Below, in pieces: positions 9,112 through 19,325 of a DNA stretch of 64,000 nt. Source of the stretch: an uncultured Planctomycetia bacterium. GTDB lineage: Bacteria; Omnitrophota; Gorgyraeia; Duberdicusellales; Duberdicusellaceae. Both the position numbers and the translations under genes were made by a program. The first letter of the stretch is position 1; every line of letters begins with the position of its first letter. A model generated the notes under the pieces. The model was given only the letters and a program-made list of their open reading frames with translations, had not been told where the DNA came from and searched no databases. The stretch is taken from contig CAZWJT010000004.1 in the NCBI GenBank assembly GCA_964634935.1, forward strand, positions 30,915-94,914, written 5' to 3'.

Positions 9112-10940
9112 GCGTCGGGGGGTATTTTTCCGGGAAAGTACCGAATCAAAACATTCGAGGTTTGCTCTGGAATAATCCGGATGAAGGGAAAGGAAAGACG
9201 TTTGTCAAAAAAAGGAACAATTTTTGCGCCCTGGGCATATAAACCATCAATCCAATGATATTTTAAGATGCATTCCCTGCTGGTAATACCCTGGACATAA
9301 ATTTGGTTAAAATCGCTCAGCACGGAAATAGCATGCCCAGAAAGCAAATAGGAGGCATTTTCTCTAAATTCATATGCGGTAAGCCATGAAATATCTTTTA
9401 TTTTCCGAGCGCCGTCCAGAGAACCAATTATTTTTTTTGCTTTCTCTGAAAACACAAGAACCCAGCGAATGTTGTAGAGACGAAACTTCTCCGATAACTC
9501 TTTTTTGGAATACCGGGTAATCTCCCGCCCAAAAATGATGTCATCCGAAAAATCTATTTTTTCATGCATAATGTCATACATATCGGTTGCCGGGCCGCCA
9601 ATGAATTCACGGGAAGTAAAAACAGGAAGAAGAGAAAGAAAATGAGATCCGAAATAATAGTGATCGCGGGAATCCTGAATAAGAATACGACCGTCTTTTG
9701 TAGTCGAAGATTCAATAAAGCGAACGATTTCTTTTCCAAGATCTGGCATTCGAGAAAGCACGTGGTTTCCCTTAAAAAACCATGTCAAATTCGGCGAAAT
9801 CGACGGAATAAAAAACATCGCACAGGCGAGAATGACAATGATTTTTTGCCGCAAAAGGAAACGAGAAAAATATTTGCTATAAAAACCAAGCGAATAAGCA
9901 GCGGGAATAATCATGAATAATGTCGCCTGGGTAATGAAGCGTCGGGGTTGCAGCTCATAGAGCACTCTTGAAAAAGAGCCAAAATAGGCAAAGAAGAAAA
10001 AACAAAGATACGCCGAAAGAAAAAAACGGAAAAAGTATTTTCTTTCGCGAAAGTGAAATAAACCAAGACTGCCAAGAAGTAAAATCAAACTCTGCAGACC
10101 ATAACCAGGCTTGTAAAAAAAATCTCCGATCACAGAAAGAACCCCCTTTGATTGAAAATTTGGCCCGGAAGGAGCCCGTAAATAACTGTGTCCAATGTAA
10201 AGATTCATCCAGAAAAAATTAATGCCGAGAACAAAGAGGAGAAGAAGGCAAAAAAGCAAAAAATCTTGCTTCCGGAAATTCTTTCGAAATACCCAGAAAA
10301 AAATAACCCCAAGAATAAGAAAAGAAACCGCGACAAACGGATGGATAAGAAACGCTACTCCAGAAAGAGCGGCGATAAAAAAGGAACCCGGCAGAGTACG
10401 AAACCCCAGAAACCAGCGAAAAATAAACGATGCACAATATACCACAACAGCTGTTGAGAAAACGTAACTGAACATCCCAAATTTAACCATTTCATTTATC
10501 AAAGAGCCAAGATGCCAATACAGAACCGAAAACGCAAAAGCATAGGTTGCAATCAAAGGACTCGCTCCAAAATTTCGTGCTGCGCGATAGAGAAGTATCG
10601 GAAAACCAAGAAACGTGAGTAAGCAAAATACCTTGAAAGAAACCCAAATGTCTATATGAAAGAAAGAAAGAAACGCGGCAAAAATTTTAAGCGCAATAGT
10701 ATTAATATAAACCGGTCCGTTAAGAAACCCTGCCATGAAATGGGGATCGTACCCGCAAAAAGTTCCGTTGAATTTAAGAAATTGCAGACCGGAATATACA
10801 TTATACGAATGAAACGCGTAATCATCGGAAAGAATCGGACCAGAAGAAAAAATATCCGGGTAAGGGAAAAAAAGCAAAAAGATAGCACAACCGTGAATAA
10901 GAAAAATTGCGATACGTGCCATTTGTAGACGGTTCAGCAT
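9108..10940 (-). CDS. YfhO-family polytopic membrane protein (putative GT-C extracytoplasmic glycosyltransferase)
   Basis: 610 aa with about 12 predicted TM segments, then a soluble C-terminal domain. The motif ...HWIDGLYAQGAKIVPFFDKRLSFPFIRIIPEQTSNVLIRYFP resembles the conserved YfhO C-terminal beta-sandwich (GW.a.vDGk.vpi..n..f.gv.lp.G.h.v...y). A 4-nt ATGA-type overlap with the upstream radical SAM indicates an operon. Confidence 0.6.
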   Translation of the reverse strand: MLNRLQMARIAIFLIHGCAIFLLFFPYPDIFSSGPILSDDYAFHSYNVYSGLQFLKFNGTFCGYDPHFMAGFLNGPVYINTIALKIFAAFLSFFHIDIWVSFKVFCLLTFLGFPILLYRAARNFGASPLIATYAFAFSVLYWHLGSLINEMVKFGMFSYVFSTAVVVYCASFIFRWFLGFRTLPGSFFIAALSGVAFLIHPFVAVSFLILGVIFFWVFRKNFRKQDFLLFCLLLLFVLGINFFWMNLYIGHSYLRAPSGPNFQSKGVLSVIGDFFYKPGYGLQSLILLLGSLGLFHFRERKYFFRFFLSAYLCFFFFAYFGSFSRVLYELQPRRFITQATLFMIIPAAYSLGFYSKYFSRFLLRQKIIVILACAMFFIPSISPNLTWFFKGNHVLSRMPDLGKEIVRFIESSTTKDGRILIQDSRDHYYFGSHFLSLLPVFTSREFIGGPATDMYDIMHEKIDFSDDIIFGREITRYSKKELSEKFRLYNIRWVLVFSEKAKKIIGSLDGARKIKDISWLTAYEFRENASYLLSGHAISVLSDFNQIYVQGITSRECILKYHWIDGLYAQGAKIVPFFDKRLSFPFIRIIPEQTSNVLIRYFPGKIPPDA

Positions 10941-11008
10941 AGTTTTTATTATAGCATTTTAGGAAGATTTTTGAACTTTCTTTTCAGAAATTATCCGCAA
11001 AAAAATAT

Positions 11009-11037
11009 ATTGCAAAGAATAAAAGGATGTGATACAG
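11009..11037 (+). promoter_or_regulatory. Putative sigma-70-type promoter (TTGCAA-17-TACAGT) for pckG
   Basis: The -35/-10-like hexamers lie in the divergent intergenic region upstream of the ATG at 11084. Confidence 0.3.
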
Positions 11038-11083
11038 TAACAAAAATTTTAAGAATAAAATCGGCAGAATCACAAAAAAAACT

Positions 11084-12967
11084 ATGAATACACTGAAAAC
11101 AAAATGTACCAAAAGAAATCTCGCGTTGCTTCTCAATCTCGATCCAAGTATCCGCGTCTTTATCGAACGTTTCGTCACATTGTGTAACCCGGAAAGCGTA
11201 TTTGTCTTTACCGGAACTGCTGAGGAAAAAAAATACATCCGCGAAAAAGCCCTGACGGTTGGTGAAGAGAAACGATTATGCCACCCATACCACTCAGTCC
11301 ACTTTGATGGATATACAGATCAAGGAAGAGATAAAGACAGCACCCGTTATCTTCTACGCGGTAAAGGTCAAGAAATGTATTTGAATGGAATACCGAAAAC
11401 TCAAGGCATGCAGACCGTGAAGCAGGAATTCAAGAACTGTATGCAGGGACGCGAGATGATTATTGGGTTTTTCTCCTTAGGTCCGCTCGGATCGAAACTT
11501 TCGATTCAATGTCTCCAGATCACTGACTCTTTTTATGTCATACATTCTGAAGACATTCTTTACCGCGCCTCTTACTCGGAAGTGCTTCAAAAGAAGACGA
11601 AACTCGCACAAATGTTCAGATTTATCCACACAGCCGGAGAGATGGAAAATCACATATCAAAAAATTCTGACCGCCGGCGGATCTATATTGACGTTGAAGA
11701 ACGCATTGTATATTCGATGAATACACAGTACGCAGGAAATACTGTTGGCCTCAAGAAACTTGCCTTGCGATTAGCAATTAAGAAAGCTTCTCGGGAAAAC
11801 TGGCTAGCTGAACACATGTTTGTTGTTGGTATTAAAGGCAACAAAACCAAAGAAAAGACATACTTTGCCGGAGCTTTTCCCAGTGCTTGCGGAAAAACTT
11901 CAACTGCAATGCTCAAAGGTGAAACTATTATCGGAGACGATATCGCATATTTACGTAATCAAGACGGGGTGGTCACAGCGGTAAACGTAGAAAAAGGAAT
12001 TTTTGGAATCATTGAAGATATAAACCCGATTCACGACCCTGAAATATGGAATGTTTTGCATTCTCCAAAGGAAGAGGTTATCTTTTCAAATGTCCTTGTT
12101 GATGACGCCAAGGAGCCTTACTGGAAAGGAAAAGGAAAAATACCTCCCCAGTCTGGCATAAACTTTTCCGGAAAATGGTTTCCCGGGAAAACCGATGAGC
12201 AAGGCAGAGAGATCCCCGCTGCACATAAGAATGCGCGCTTTACGATCAACCTCTCATCTTTGAAAAATACCGACAAAGAACTCAATAATCCTCAAGGGGT
12301 AAAGATTGAAGGTATCATTTATGGCGGAAGGGATTCCGATACCACGCTCCCAGTAGAAGAAGCGTTTAACTGGGAACACGGCATCATCACCAAGGCTGCA
12401 AGCATTGAATCCGAGACAACCGCGGCGACCCTAGGACAGGAGGGAATCAGAAAGTTCAATCCAATGTCCAACCTCGACTTTCTGTCAATCCCAGTCTCGC
12501 TCTATATCAAAAATAACCTCGCCTTTGGGAAAAAGCTTAAAAAACCGGCAAAGATATTTTCTGTTAACTATTTTCTAAAAAGCAAAGACGGAAAATATTT
12601 AAACGAAATGGATGATAAGCACGTTTGGATTAAATGGATGCAGCTTCGCGTCATGGGACAAGTTTGTGCAAAAAAAACTCCTTCGGGGCTTATTCCACTT
12701 TACGCAGATCTGAAAACACTCTTTGCAAATGTGGTACGTAAAAACTATTCAGAAGCACAATACAATGAACAATTTACCATACGGATCCCGGAAAATATCT
12801 CGAAAATTGACCGGATTATCAATATATATCAGAAAGAGGTAAAACGCACACCTGGCGTTGTCTTTATGATGCTGAAAGAACAGAAAAAGCGTTTTGAAGA
12901 GGCCCAGAAGAAGTGGGGAGAATATATCTCTCCAAACAGCCTTACCACGCACCATGACAGTAAGTAG
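11084..12967 (+). CDS. pckG: Phosphoenolpyruvate carboxykinase (GTP)
   Basis: 627 aa. The AFPSACGKTSTAML kinase-1a motif is diagnostic of GTP-dependent PEPCK, and the length and the NARFT region match. Confidence 0.9.
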   Translation: MNTLKTKCTKRNLALLLNLDPSIRVFIERFVTLCNPESVFVFTGTAEEKKYIREKALTVGEEKRLCHPYHSVHFDGYTDQGRDKDSTRYLLRGKGQEMYLNGIPKTQGMQTVKQEFKNCMQGREMIIGFFSLGPLGSKLSIQCLQITDSFYVIHSEDILYRASYSEVLQKKTKLAQMFRFIHTAGEMENHISKNSDRRRIYIDVEERIVYSMNTQYAGNTVGLKKLALRLAIKKASRENWLAEHMFVVGIKGNKTKEKTYFAGAFPSACGKTSTAMLKGETIIGDDIAYLRNQDGVVTAVNVEKGIFGIIEDINPIHDPEIWNVLHSPKEEVIFSNVLVDDAKEPYWKGKGKIPPQSGINFSGKWFPGKTDEQGREIPAAHKNARFTINLSSLKNTDKELNNPQGVKIEGIIYGGRDSDTTLPVEEAFNWEHGIITKAASIESETTAATLGQEGIRKFNPMSNLDFLSIPVSLYIKNNLAFGKKLKKPAKIFSVNYFLKSKDGKYLNEMDDKHVWIKWMQLRVMGQVCAKKTPSGLIPLYADLKTLFANVVRKNYSEAQYNEQFTIRIPENISKIDRIINIYQKEVKRTPGVVFMMLKEQKKRFEEAQKKWGEYISPNSLTTHHDSK

Positions 12968-13835
12968 TACTGATTTTAAAGGAATTCCGCTGCTCAAGAA
13001 AGGAAAAGTGCGTGATGTGTACACTGCCGGAGAAAATCTACTCATAGTCGCGACTGACCGAATCTCCGCCTTTGATGTGATCTTACCAACGCCAATTCCC
13101 GACAAAGGAAAAGTTCTCACGCGTATTTCCCAATTCTGGTTCGATTACTTAAAACCATCATGCCCAAACCATCTTATTTCAACCGACTTAAAAAACCTAC
13201 CAAAGGAATTCATGCCTTATCATGATATCTTGAACGAACGCTTCATGCTTACCCGAAAAGCAAAAGTGTTGCCCTTTGAATGCGTAGTGCGAGGATACCT
13301 TGCGGGTTCAGGATGGGCTGAGTATAAAAAAAATCAAAGCATCTGCGGCATACCGCTGCCAAAAGGGTTGAACCTTTCTGCGAAACTAGAGGAGCCAATC
13401 TTCACCCCAGCCACCAAAGCAGAAGTGGGGCATGATGAAAATGTTGATTTCGATTATATGCGAAAAACTATCGGCGAAGAGCTTGCGCTGAAGATTAAAA
13501 ATTTAAGCATCACCCTTTACAAAAAAGCAGCGGAATATGCCGAAGCAAAAGGAATCATTATCGCGGATACGAAATTTGAGTTCGGGATCATAGACCAAAA
13601 CATCATCCTTATCGATGAAGTACTGACGCCGGACTCATCTCGATTCTGGCCGCAAGATGATTACCAAGAAGGGGTAGACCAGAAAAGTCTCGATAAGCAG
13701 TTTGTCCGTGACTATCTCGAAACGTTAACTTGGAATAAACAGTACCCAGGACCAAACTTACCTAATGATATCGTTGAGAAAACCCATAAGAAATATGTAA
13801 CCATTGCTCAAATTCTTACCGGAGTAACCCTATAA
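12954..13835 (+). CDS. purC: Phosphoribosylaminoimidazole-succinocarboxamide synthase (SAICAR synthetase)
   Basis: The start was set at the in-frame ATG 12954 (14-nt overlap with pckG). The GKVRDVY...LLIVATDRISAFDVIL signature is classic PurC. Confidence 0.9.
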   Translation: MTVSSTDFKGIPLLKKGKVRDVYTAGENLLIVATDRISAFDVILPTPIPDKGKVLTRISQFWFDYLKPSCPNHLISTDLKNLPKEFMPYHDILNERFMLTRKAKVLPFECVVRGYLAGSGWAEYKKNQSICGIPLPKGLNLSAKLEEPIFTPATKAEVGHDENVDFDYMRKTIGEELALKIKNLSITLYKKAAEYAEAKGIIIADTKFEFGIIDQNIILIDEVLTPDSSRFWPQDDYQEGVDQKSLDKQFVRDYLETLTWNKQYPGPNLPNDIVEKTHKKYVTIAQILTGVTL

Positions 13836-13845
13836 AGGAGATTCT

Positions 13846-15030
13846 ATGATTGCCGAACGAACAAAAAACATAGCCGATTCATTAACCTTAGCGATCACCT
13901 CTCAAGCAAAAAAGATGAAGCAGGATGGAATCAATGTAGTAAGCTTTGGAGCAGGGGAACCCGACTTTGATACGCCGCTGCACATTAAGAATGCGGCAAA
14001 AGAAGCGATCGATAAAGGCTTTACAAAATACACCCCCTCATCGGGAACCGTCGAGTTAAAAAAAGCAATCATCGCAAAGCTCGCTTGCGACAATAATCTT
14101 CACTATACCGAGAATGAAATCATTGTGGGCTGTGGAGCAAAACATGTTATCTATGAAACAATTCTCACCCTTGTCAATCCTCAGGATGAGGTAATTATTC
14201 CCTCGCCATATTGGCTAAGCTATCCGGAAATGGTACGCATGGCAGAGGGGATTCCAATATATATCCCCACAGAAGAAAAAGATAACTTCTTGATTACTCC
14301 AGAAAATCTGGAAAAAACAATCACCAAACGCACAAAGATACTAATCTTAAATTCTCCTTCAAATCCAACGGGAAGTATTTACCAGCGTAAAACTCTCGAA
14401 CAGCTTGCCAAGATTATCGAGCAGAACAACATTATTTGCATCTCAGATGAAATCTATGAAAAACTGGTCTATGATACCAATACCCATACGAGTATTGCCT
14501 CTCTATCCGACAAAATAAAAAAACAAACGATTGTTATTAATGGAGTGTCCAAAGCATACTCAATGACTGGATGGCGAATTGGCTACGCAGCAGGAGACGC
14601 AGGCATCATCTCAGTAATGAAACGAGTACAGGATCATTCCACATCAAACCCAACTTCCATCGCCCAGAAAGCAGCCGAAGCGGCTCTTTTGGGCTCTCAG
14701 GATGAAATTGAAAAAATGCGCCTCGTCTTTGAAAAGCGGCGCAATTTGATGCTTGAAAAGATTCGTGAAATCAAAAGTATATCCTGCCCGATTCCCCAGG
14801 GGGCTTTTTACTGCTTTGTCAATATCGGTAAATTATATCGAAAACAACTAAAAACAATAGACGGTTCTCTTGCCTTTGCTAAAATACTCCTTGAGAAGAA
14901 GCATGTCGCAGTAATACCCGGGATTGTGTTCGGTGATGACAATTTTATCCGCCTTTCCTACGCGATTTCTGAACAGACAATTATTGAGGGATTAAATAGA
15001 ATACGAGAATTCATTGAAGAAGGCGCATAA
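13846..15030 (+). CDS. Aspartate/aromatic aminotransferase (class I PLP aminotransferase)
   Basis: 394 aa with the NSPSNPTG motif and a SKAYSMTGWRIGY PLP-lysine region. Confidence 0.9.
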   Translation: MIAERTKNIADSLTLAITSQAKKMKQDGINVVSFGAGEPDFDTPLHIKNAAKEAIDKGFTKYTPSSGTVELKKAIIAKLACDNNLHYTENEIIVGCGAKHVIYETILTLVNPQDEVIIPSPYWLSYPEMVRMAEGIPIYIPTEEKDNFLITPENLEKTITKRTKILILNSPSNPTGSIYQRKTLEQLAKIIEQNNIICISDEIYEKLVYDTNTHTSIASLSDKIKKQTIVINGVSKAYSMTGWRIGYAAGDAGIISVMKRVQDHSTSNPTSIAQKAAEAALLGSQDEIEKMRLVFEKRRNLMLEKIREIKSISCPIPQGAFYCFVNIGKLYRKQLKTIDGSLAFAKILLEKKHVAVIPGIVFGDDNFIRLSYAISEQTIIEGLNRIREFIEEGA

Positions 15031-15033
15031 ATT

Positions 15034-16263
15034 ATGCCAAAAATATATCTAGTTGATGTAACAAACCGTGACGGCGTACAAACTTCGAGAATCTGCCTCT
15101 CGAAACTACAGAAAACAATTATTAATATGTACCTGGATCAATTCGGGGTAACCCAGAGTGAGTTTGGATTCCCTTTCACCAAGCATGAGATCAACTATTT
15201 AAATGCAAACCTTGAGTTGGCCCAGCGAAAAGCTCTAAAACAAATCCGGTTGAGCGGGTGGATCCGCGCTATCCCTGAAGATGTTGAGATCACATTTAAG
15301 AATGTCCCAAAGATACAATATCTGAATCTTTCCATATCTACATCTGAACAGATGATCCGGCATAAATTTCAAGGAAAACTTGACTATGCGAGCATCCTCA
15401 AAACGATGGTAAAAGCGGTAAAACTTGCCAAGAAAATGGGTGCTCAATCTTTAGGTGTAAATGCCGAGGATGCTTCGCGAACAGACATGCAATACTTGAT
15501 TGATTTCTCGCTCGCCGCAAAAGAGGCAGGAGCTGACCGCATCCGGTATTGCGATACCCTGGGCTATGAAGCGCCGTTCTCAATTTATGACCGGATCAAA
15601 ACGCTTGCCGAGAATGTCAAACTCGATATTGAAATACATTGCCATAATGATTTGGGGCTTGCGGTTGCAAACTCAATCGCAGGTGCAAAAGCCGCCGTTG
15701 ACTCTGGCGTAAACGCCTTCATCAATACCTGCGTTAACGGTGTAGGGGAACGCGCGGGCAATGCCGACCTCGTTTCAATCGTGCTTGCCTTTCAATATGC
15801 GCAAGGACTTGAAAATAAGTACCTACTAAGCAATGTCAAGCTTGATCTTGCCTGGCAAATGTGTAAGTACGCCTCGTATGCGCTCGATATCCCCATACCC
15901 ATTAATCAACCCGGAATAGGCGCAAACGCATTTGCGCATGAATCTGGAATTCACGCCGATGGCGCCTTAAAAAACAGGAGAAATTACGAATTATATGACT
16001 ATGAAGCCTTGGGTCGCGGTGAACCTGAAATTATCGATACAGGGCGCCAAATCACCGTAGGGGAATATTCTGGCATTAAAGGATTTTGCAATGTCTATGA
16101 TAAGCTCTCAATTAAGTTCAAGAATAGCGCCGATGCCACAAAAATCCTTGAGCTTGTCCGCTATGCGAATGTGCATAACCAGAAACCACTGGTAGAGGAG
16201 GAGCTGCGATTTATCGCAGAATACCCGGACATCGCAAAGCGAATTTTTACTATGGAGCCGTAA
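15034..16263 (+). CDS. HMGL-like alpha-isopropylmalate / homocitrate / citramalate synthase family protein (short form lacking regulatory domain)
   Basis: 409 aa. The N-terminal [12 protein letters not shown] matches the DxTLRDGEQ motif of the LeuA/NifV/CimA family, with the HxH metal site (IHCHNDLG). There is no C-terminal LeuA-dimer regulatory domain. Confidence 0.75.
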   Translation: MPKIYLVDVTNRDGVQTSRICLSKLQKTIINMYLDQFGVTQSEFGFPFTKHEINYLNANLELAQRKALKQIRLSGWIRAIPEDVEITFKNVPKIQYLNLSISTSEQMIRHKFQGKLDYASILKTMVKAVKLAKKMGAQSLGVNAEDASRTDMQYLIDFSLAAKEAGADRIRYCDTLGYEAPFSIYDRIKTLAENVKLDIEIHCHNDLGLAVANSIAGAKAAVDSGVNAFINTCVNGVGERAGNADLVSIVLAFQYAQGLENKYLLSNVKLDLAWQMCKYASYALDIPIPINQPGIGANAFAHESGIHADGALKNRRNYELYDYEALGRGEPEIIDTGRQITVGEYSGIKGFCNVYDKLSIKFKNSADATKILELVRYANVHNQKPLVEEELRFIAEYPDIAKRIFTMEP

Positions 16264-16313
16264 ATACCCTAGGAAAACCGTCTCTTTTTTCGGAATAAAG
16301 AAGATAAAATACA

Positions 16314-17270
16314 ATGGGAAGTTTTTCTTCTCGAAGGATAGTTTTTATTCTTTGTGCCATCCTCTTAACAACGCAAGCCGCATTAGGACAACCTCCTGAA
16401 GAAAAATATTGCTTGCTTGAAAAAAATATCATTTCCCTGATATCGTCACTCCAGGCTCAGACAAGCATCATCATATACGAATTAAAATTAAAAAATCAAG
16501 GCTTCCTAAAATCAATCTTCCCGGCAGAGCGGTTTTCTTTTTCATACAATGCGCAGCTTCAATTTCCCGCGGCAAGCTTGGTAAAAGTCCCAATCATGGC
16601 ATGCTGCTTTCTTGCCGCAAAAGAAAAAAAGATTGACCTCAATGAAATCTACACCTTGCGAAAACAGGATAAGACCGGTGGATCAGGCATCTTAAAGAGC
16701 TTACCTCCTGGCATACGCTACAGGCTCATCGATTTAATCCGCATCATGATAACAAACAGTGACAATACCGCCGCAAATGTTCTCATTCGCCGGCTTGGTT
16801 TTGAATATCTAGAGAAAAGTTTCCAGCGCTTAGGCCTGCGCAATACGACTCTCAAGCGCGGCATGATGGATTTTTCTGCGAGAAGCAGAGGAATCGAAAA
16901 TTACACCACTGCCGCGGATACAGCTTTCCTCCTAGAACAAATGTATTATAAAAGACTCATTGATCCGGATATCTCAGAAAAGATTTTCCAGATTCTTCTT
17001 GCCCAAAAGATTAAAGATCGCATTCCTAAATATCTTCCTCCGAAAACGCCGGTTGCCCATAAAACTGGACTGGAAAAAGATGTTATCATGGACGCAGGCA
17101 TTGTTTTCTCGCCAAACGCTGATTTTTTGATCGTCGTCGCGATGCAAGGAAGCAGCCGATATTCATCGCTGAAGAAAGCAATCGCGGATATTGCAAAATA
17201 TGTGTATTACACCTATAATCAACCTCAAACAACAAAAAAAGCAAAAAAACATTTCCGTGGAAAACGATAA
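16314..17270 (+). CDS. Class A beta-lactamase-related serine hydrolase, secreted
   Basis: It has a signal peptide and the SxxK (ASLVK), SDN (NSDNTAAN) and KTG (HKTGL) motifs of class A beta-lactamases / PBP-like hydrolases. Confidence 0.7.
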   Translation: MGSFSSRRIVFILCAILLTTQAALGQPPEEKYCLLEKNIISLISSLQAQTSIIIYELKLKNQGFLKSIFPAERFSFSYNAQLQFPAASLVKVPIMACCFLAAKEKKIDLNEIYTLRKQDKTGGSGILKSLPPGIRYRLIDLIRIMITNSDNTAANVLIRRLGFEYLEKSFQRLGLRNTTLKRGMMDFSARSRGIENYTTAADTAFLLEQMYYKRLIDPDISEKIFQILLAQKIKDRIPKYLPPKTPVAHKTGLEKDVIMDAGIVFSPNADFLIVVAMQGSSRYSSLKKAIADIAKYVYYTYNQPQTTKKAKKHFRGKR

Positions 17271-17919
17271 AAAACCGTACCGTATCATCTTCAACGACGA
17301 GTACCTTTTGGCCGTTGAGAAAGCGCCAAATCTGCTGGTTGTACCAACTCCGGAAAAAGAAACTCACACCTTAACAAACCTCCTCTGCGAAGAATTCCTG
17401 AAAAAAGAAAAAATCAAAGTCTATCCATGTCATCGGATTGACCGAACGACATCAGGACTCATCTTGTATGCAAAAACAAAAGAACTCCAGGACTATATGA
17501 TGAATGAATTTCGGGCACGGAGGATCCGGAAAAAGTATGTTGCCTTTGTCCACGGCAGAATACCTCTAAAAGGTACCTTACGAAGCTATATTCGTGACCA
17601 CTATAACCGCTTTGAACGCAAAGAAAAATTCGCAATAACGAAATATATTCTGAAGAATCAATATCGTGATTTTTGTGTCATAGAGATTGAAACTCTGACT
17701 GGAAGAACAAATCAGATTAGAATTCAATTTTCGCAAATAGGTAACCCGTTGGTTGGAGAGCGGAAGTTCGCTATTGCTAAAAATTATCCAGTAAAATTTT
17801 CACGCCCAGCCCTTCACGCTTCGTATCTTGAATTTACTCATCCAATAAGCCGACAACGGGTAACTCTTGTCAGTAGAATTTTTCCGGATATGCAAGAGTT
17901 TCTTTCACGCTATCAATAA
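17257..17919 (+). CDS. RluA-family pseudouridine synthase (no S4 domain)
   Basis: The motifs HRIDRTTSGLILYAKT (catalytic Asp) and TGRTNQIRIQF are diagnostic of RluA/RsuA-type pseudouridine synthases. The start was taken as the GTG at 17257; the listed ATG at 17191 would overlap the upstream gene by 80 nt. Confidence 0.75.
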   Translation: MENDKKPYRIIFNDEYLLAVEKAPNLLVVPTPEKETHTLTNLLCEEFLKKEKIKVYPCHRIDRTTSGLILYAKTKELQDYMMNEFRARRIRKKYVAFVHGRIPLKGTLRSYIRDHYNRFERKEKFAITKYILKNQYRDFCVIEIETLTGRTNQIRIQFSQIGNPLVGERKFAIAKNYPVKFSRPALHASYLEFTHPISRQRVTLVSRIFPDMQEFLSRYQ

Positions 17920-18003
17920 GAATCTATCTCCCCATCATGCAAAATCTTGCCCTTTTGCCCCAAATCCATTGAAGCCCTCCTGATTTCTATGCTATAATTG
18001 TGT

Positions 18004-19170
18004 ATGCCTGTAAACAATATCTCTTTCTTCCTTTGGATAGTTTTATTTTTCTCTGCTTTAACCTCTGTTTTCTGCCCTGCAACTCTTCATGCGAGCTGGA
18101 CGCAGCAAATAGTCGACAGCTCGGTTGAAACCCAAAATATGTCTTTGGATATCGACAACAATGGCTTTATCCATGTAAGTTATTATGATGCAACGAATAC
18201 TGACCTTCGATACGCTTTTTTTAACGGCACAGGATGGAGCATCAAAACTTTGGATTCAACAGGCCACACCGGAGCATATACTTCGCTTCAAGTAAACTCC
18301 CAAGGGTATGCTTCCGTGGCATACAGAGATCTTTCTAATCCATATCTTAAACTAGCTTCTTTTAATGGAACCAGCTGGAATCTCCAGGTAGTAAATGAAA
18401 ATACATACGCACAGTCTATTTCCCTAGCCTTAGATTCTCAAGGGTATGCAAAAATTAGCTCTTGGGATACCGGGCCTTACAACACAGATTATACGGCTTT
18501 TAACGGAACCGGATGGAGTACTACTACCTTGCTTGCCCACGATGCCCTTGCGGGAACTTCAATAGCCTTAAATGCCGATGGCTATGCCAGGATAAGCTAT
18601 CTTGAAGGCCCCACGCTGACCTATGCCTCTTTTAATGGCACAAACTGGAATAAACAATACCTTACACAAGGAATAGAATATATAGACTATGTATCCTTAG
18701 CTCTAGATTCTCAAGGATACGGGCACATAAGTTACTACGATACAGGGCGACAACGACTTGGGTATGCTTTTTTTAACGGCACAGGATGGGACACGCAGAT
18801 CGTCGACAACGTAGGTACCGTTGGGCTTTATAGCTCCCTAGCCTTAGATTCTCAAGGGTATGCCTACATAAGCTATATTGAAGATACCGGTACAGCCTAT
18901 AATATAAAACTCGCCCACTGGACTGGAATAACCTGGGAAATCCAGACGCTCGCAACTAATATCCAGACAACAGGTGGGGCGCCAACCGACCGATCGCTCA
19001 CCCTGTTCAATGATTACCTTTATATTACCTATGCCCAACAAGGAGGAGACTTGGCTATTATGACCAACGCTCCGCAAGGTTTAGTCTCAGAACCTACGGT
19101 AAATACCTTAGGAAAAATTCTGTTCTTCTTCCTGCCTTTGTTCGTAGTGTTTACCAGAAAAAAATCCTAA
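18004..19170 (+). CDS. Secreted 7-repeat (beta-propeller-like) protein with C-terminal hydrophobic anchor
   Basis: It has a signal peptide and seven ~46-aa tandem repeats with the consensus SLALDSQGY.HISYYD....L.YAFFNGTGW. The C-terminus is a TM helix plus a basic tail (ILFFFLPLFVVFTRKKS). The start was taken as the ATG at 18004, 5 nt after a TGcTATAAT extended -10; the listed start at 17998 is TTG. Confidence 0.7.
   Translation: MPVNNISFFLWIVLFFSALTSVFCPATLHASWTQQIVDSSVETQNMSLDIDNNGFIHVSYYDATNTDLRYAFFNGTGWSIKTLDSTGHTGAYTSLQVNSQGYASVAYRDLSNPYLKLASFNGTSWNLQVVNENTYAQSISLALDSQGYAKISSWDTGPYNTDYTAFNGTGWSTTTLLAHDALAGTSIALNADGYARISYLEGPTLTYASFNGTNWNKQYLTQGIEYIDYVSLALDSQGYGHISYYDTGRQRLGYAFFNGTGWDTQIVDNVGTVGLYSSLALDSQGYAYISYIEDTGTAYNIKLAHWTGITWEIQTLATNIQTTGGAPTDRSLTLFNDYLYITYAQQGGDLAIMTNAPQGLVSEPTVNTLGKILFFFLPLFVVFTRKKS
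18424..18863 (+). repeat. Intragenic direct DNA repeats (identical 26-mer ctagccttagattctcaagggtatgc at 18424 and 18838, degenerate copy ~18697)
   Basis: The repeats are seen directly in the sequence and correspond to the LALDSQGY repeat units of the propeller protein. Confidence 0.8.
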
Positions 19171-19282
19171 TAAAACAGAATAACCCGCGGCTTACGATCA
19201 CTTGTCATGAGTTTTTCCTAAAACCACCGGACTTTTTACCCTAAATTACGGTTATTGATGTCGGAAAATTTCGTTATCCGAA

Positions 19283-19312
19283 AATACTCTTGCCCTTTAT
19301 TGAATTAGCGCT
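19283..19312 (+). promoter_or_regulatory. Putative promoter TTGCCC-16-TATAAT upstream of cysE
   Basis: The hexamers lie in the 155-nt intergenic region, and the -10 is a perfect consensus. Confidence 0.35.
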
Positions 19313-19325
19313 ATAATTTCCCAAT

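Noticed and set aside
12894-12953. A 5' extension of purC (MKRPRRSG...) overlapping the pckG C-terminus
   Set aside because: The conserved PurC N-terminus begins at the Met at 12954, and the extension would overlap pckG by 74 nt.
17191-17256. The ATG start at 17191 for the RluA-family gene
   Set aside because: It would overlap the beta-lactamase-like gene by 80 nt. The GTG at 17257 is placed just before the conserved RluA N-terminal block. This remains uncertain.
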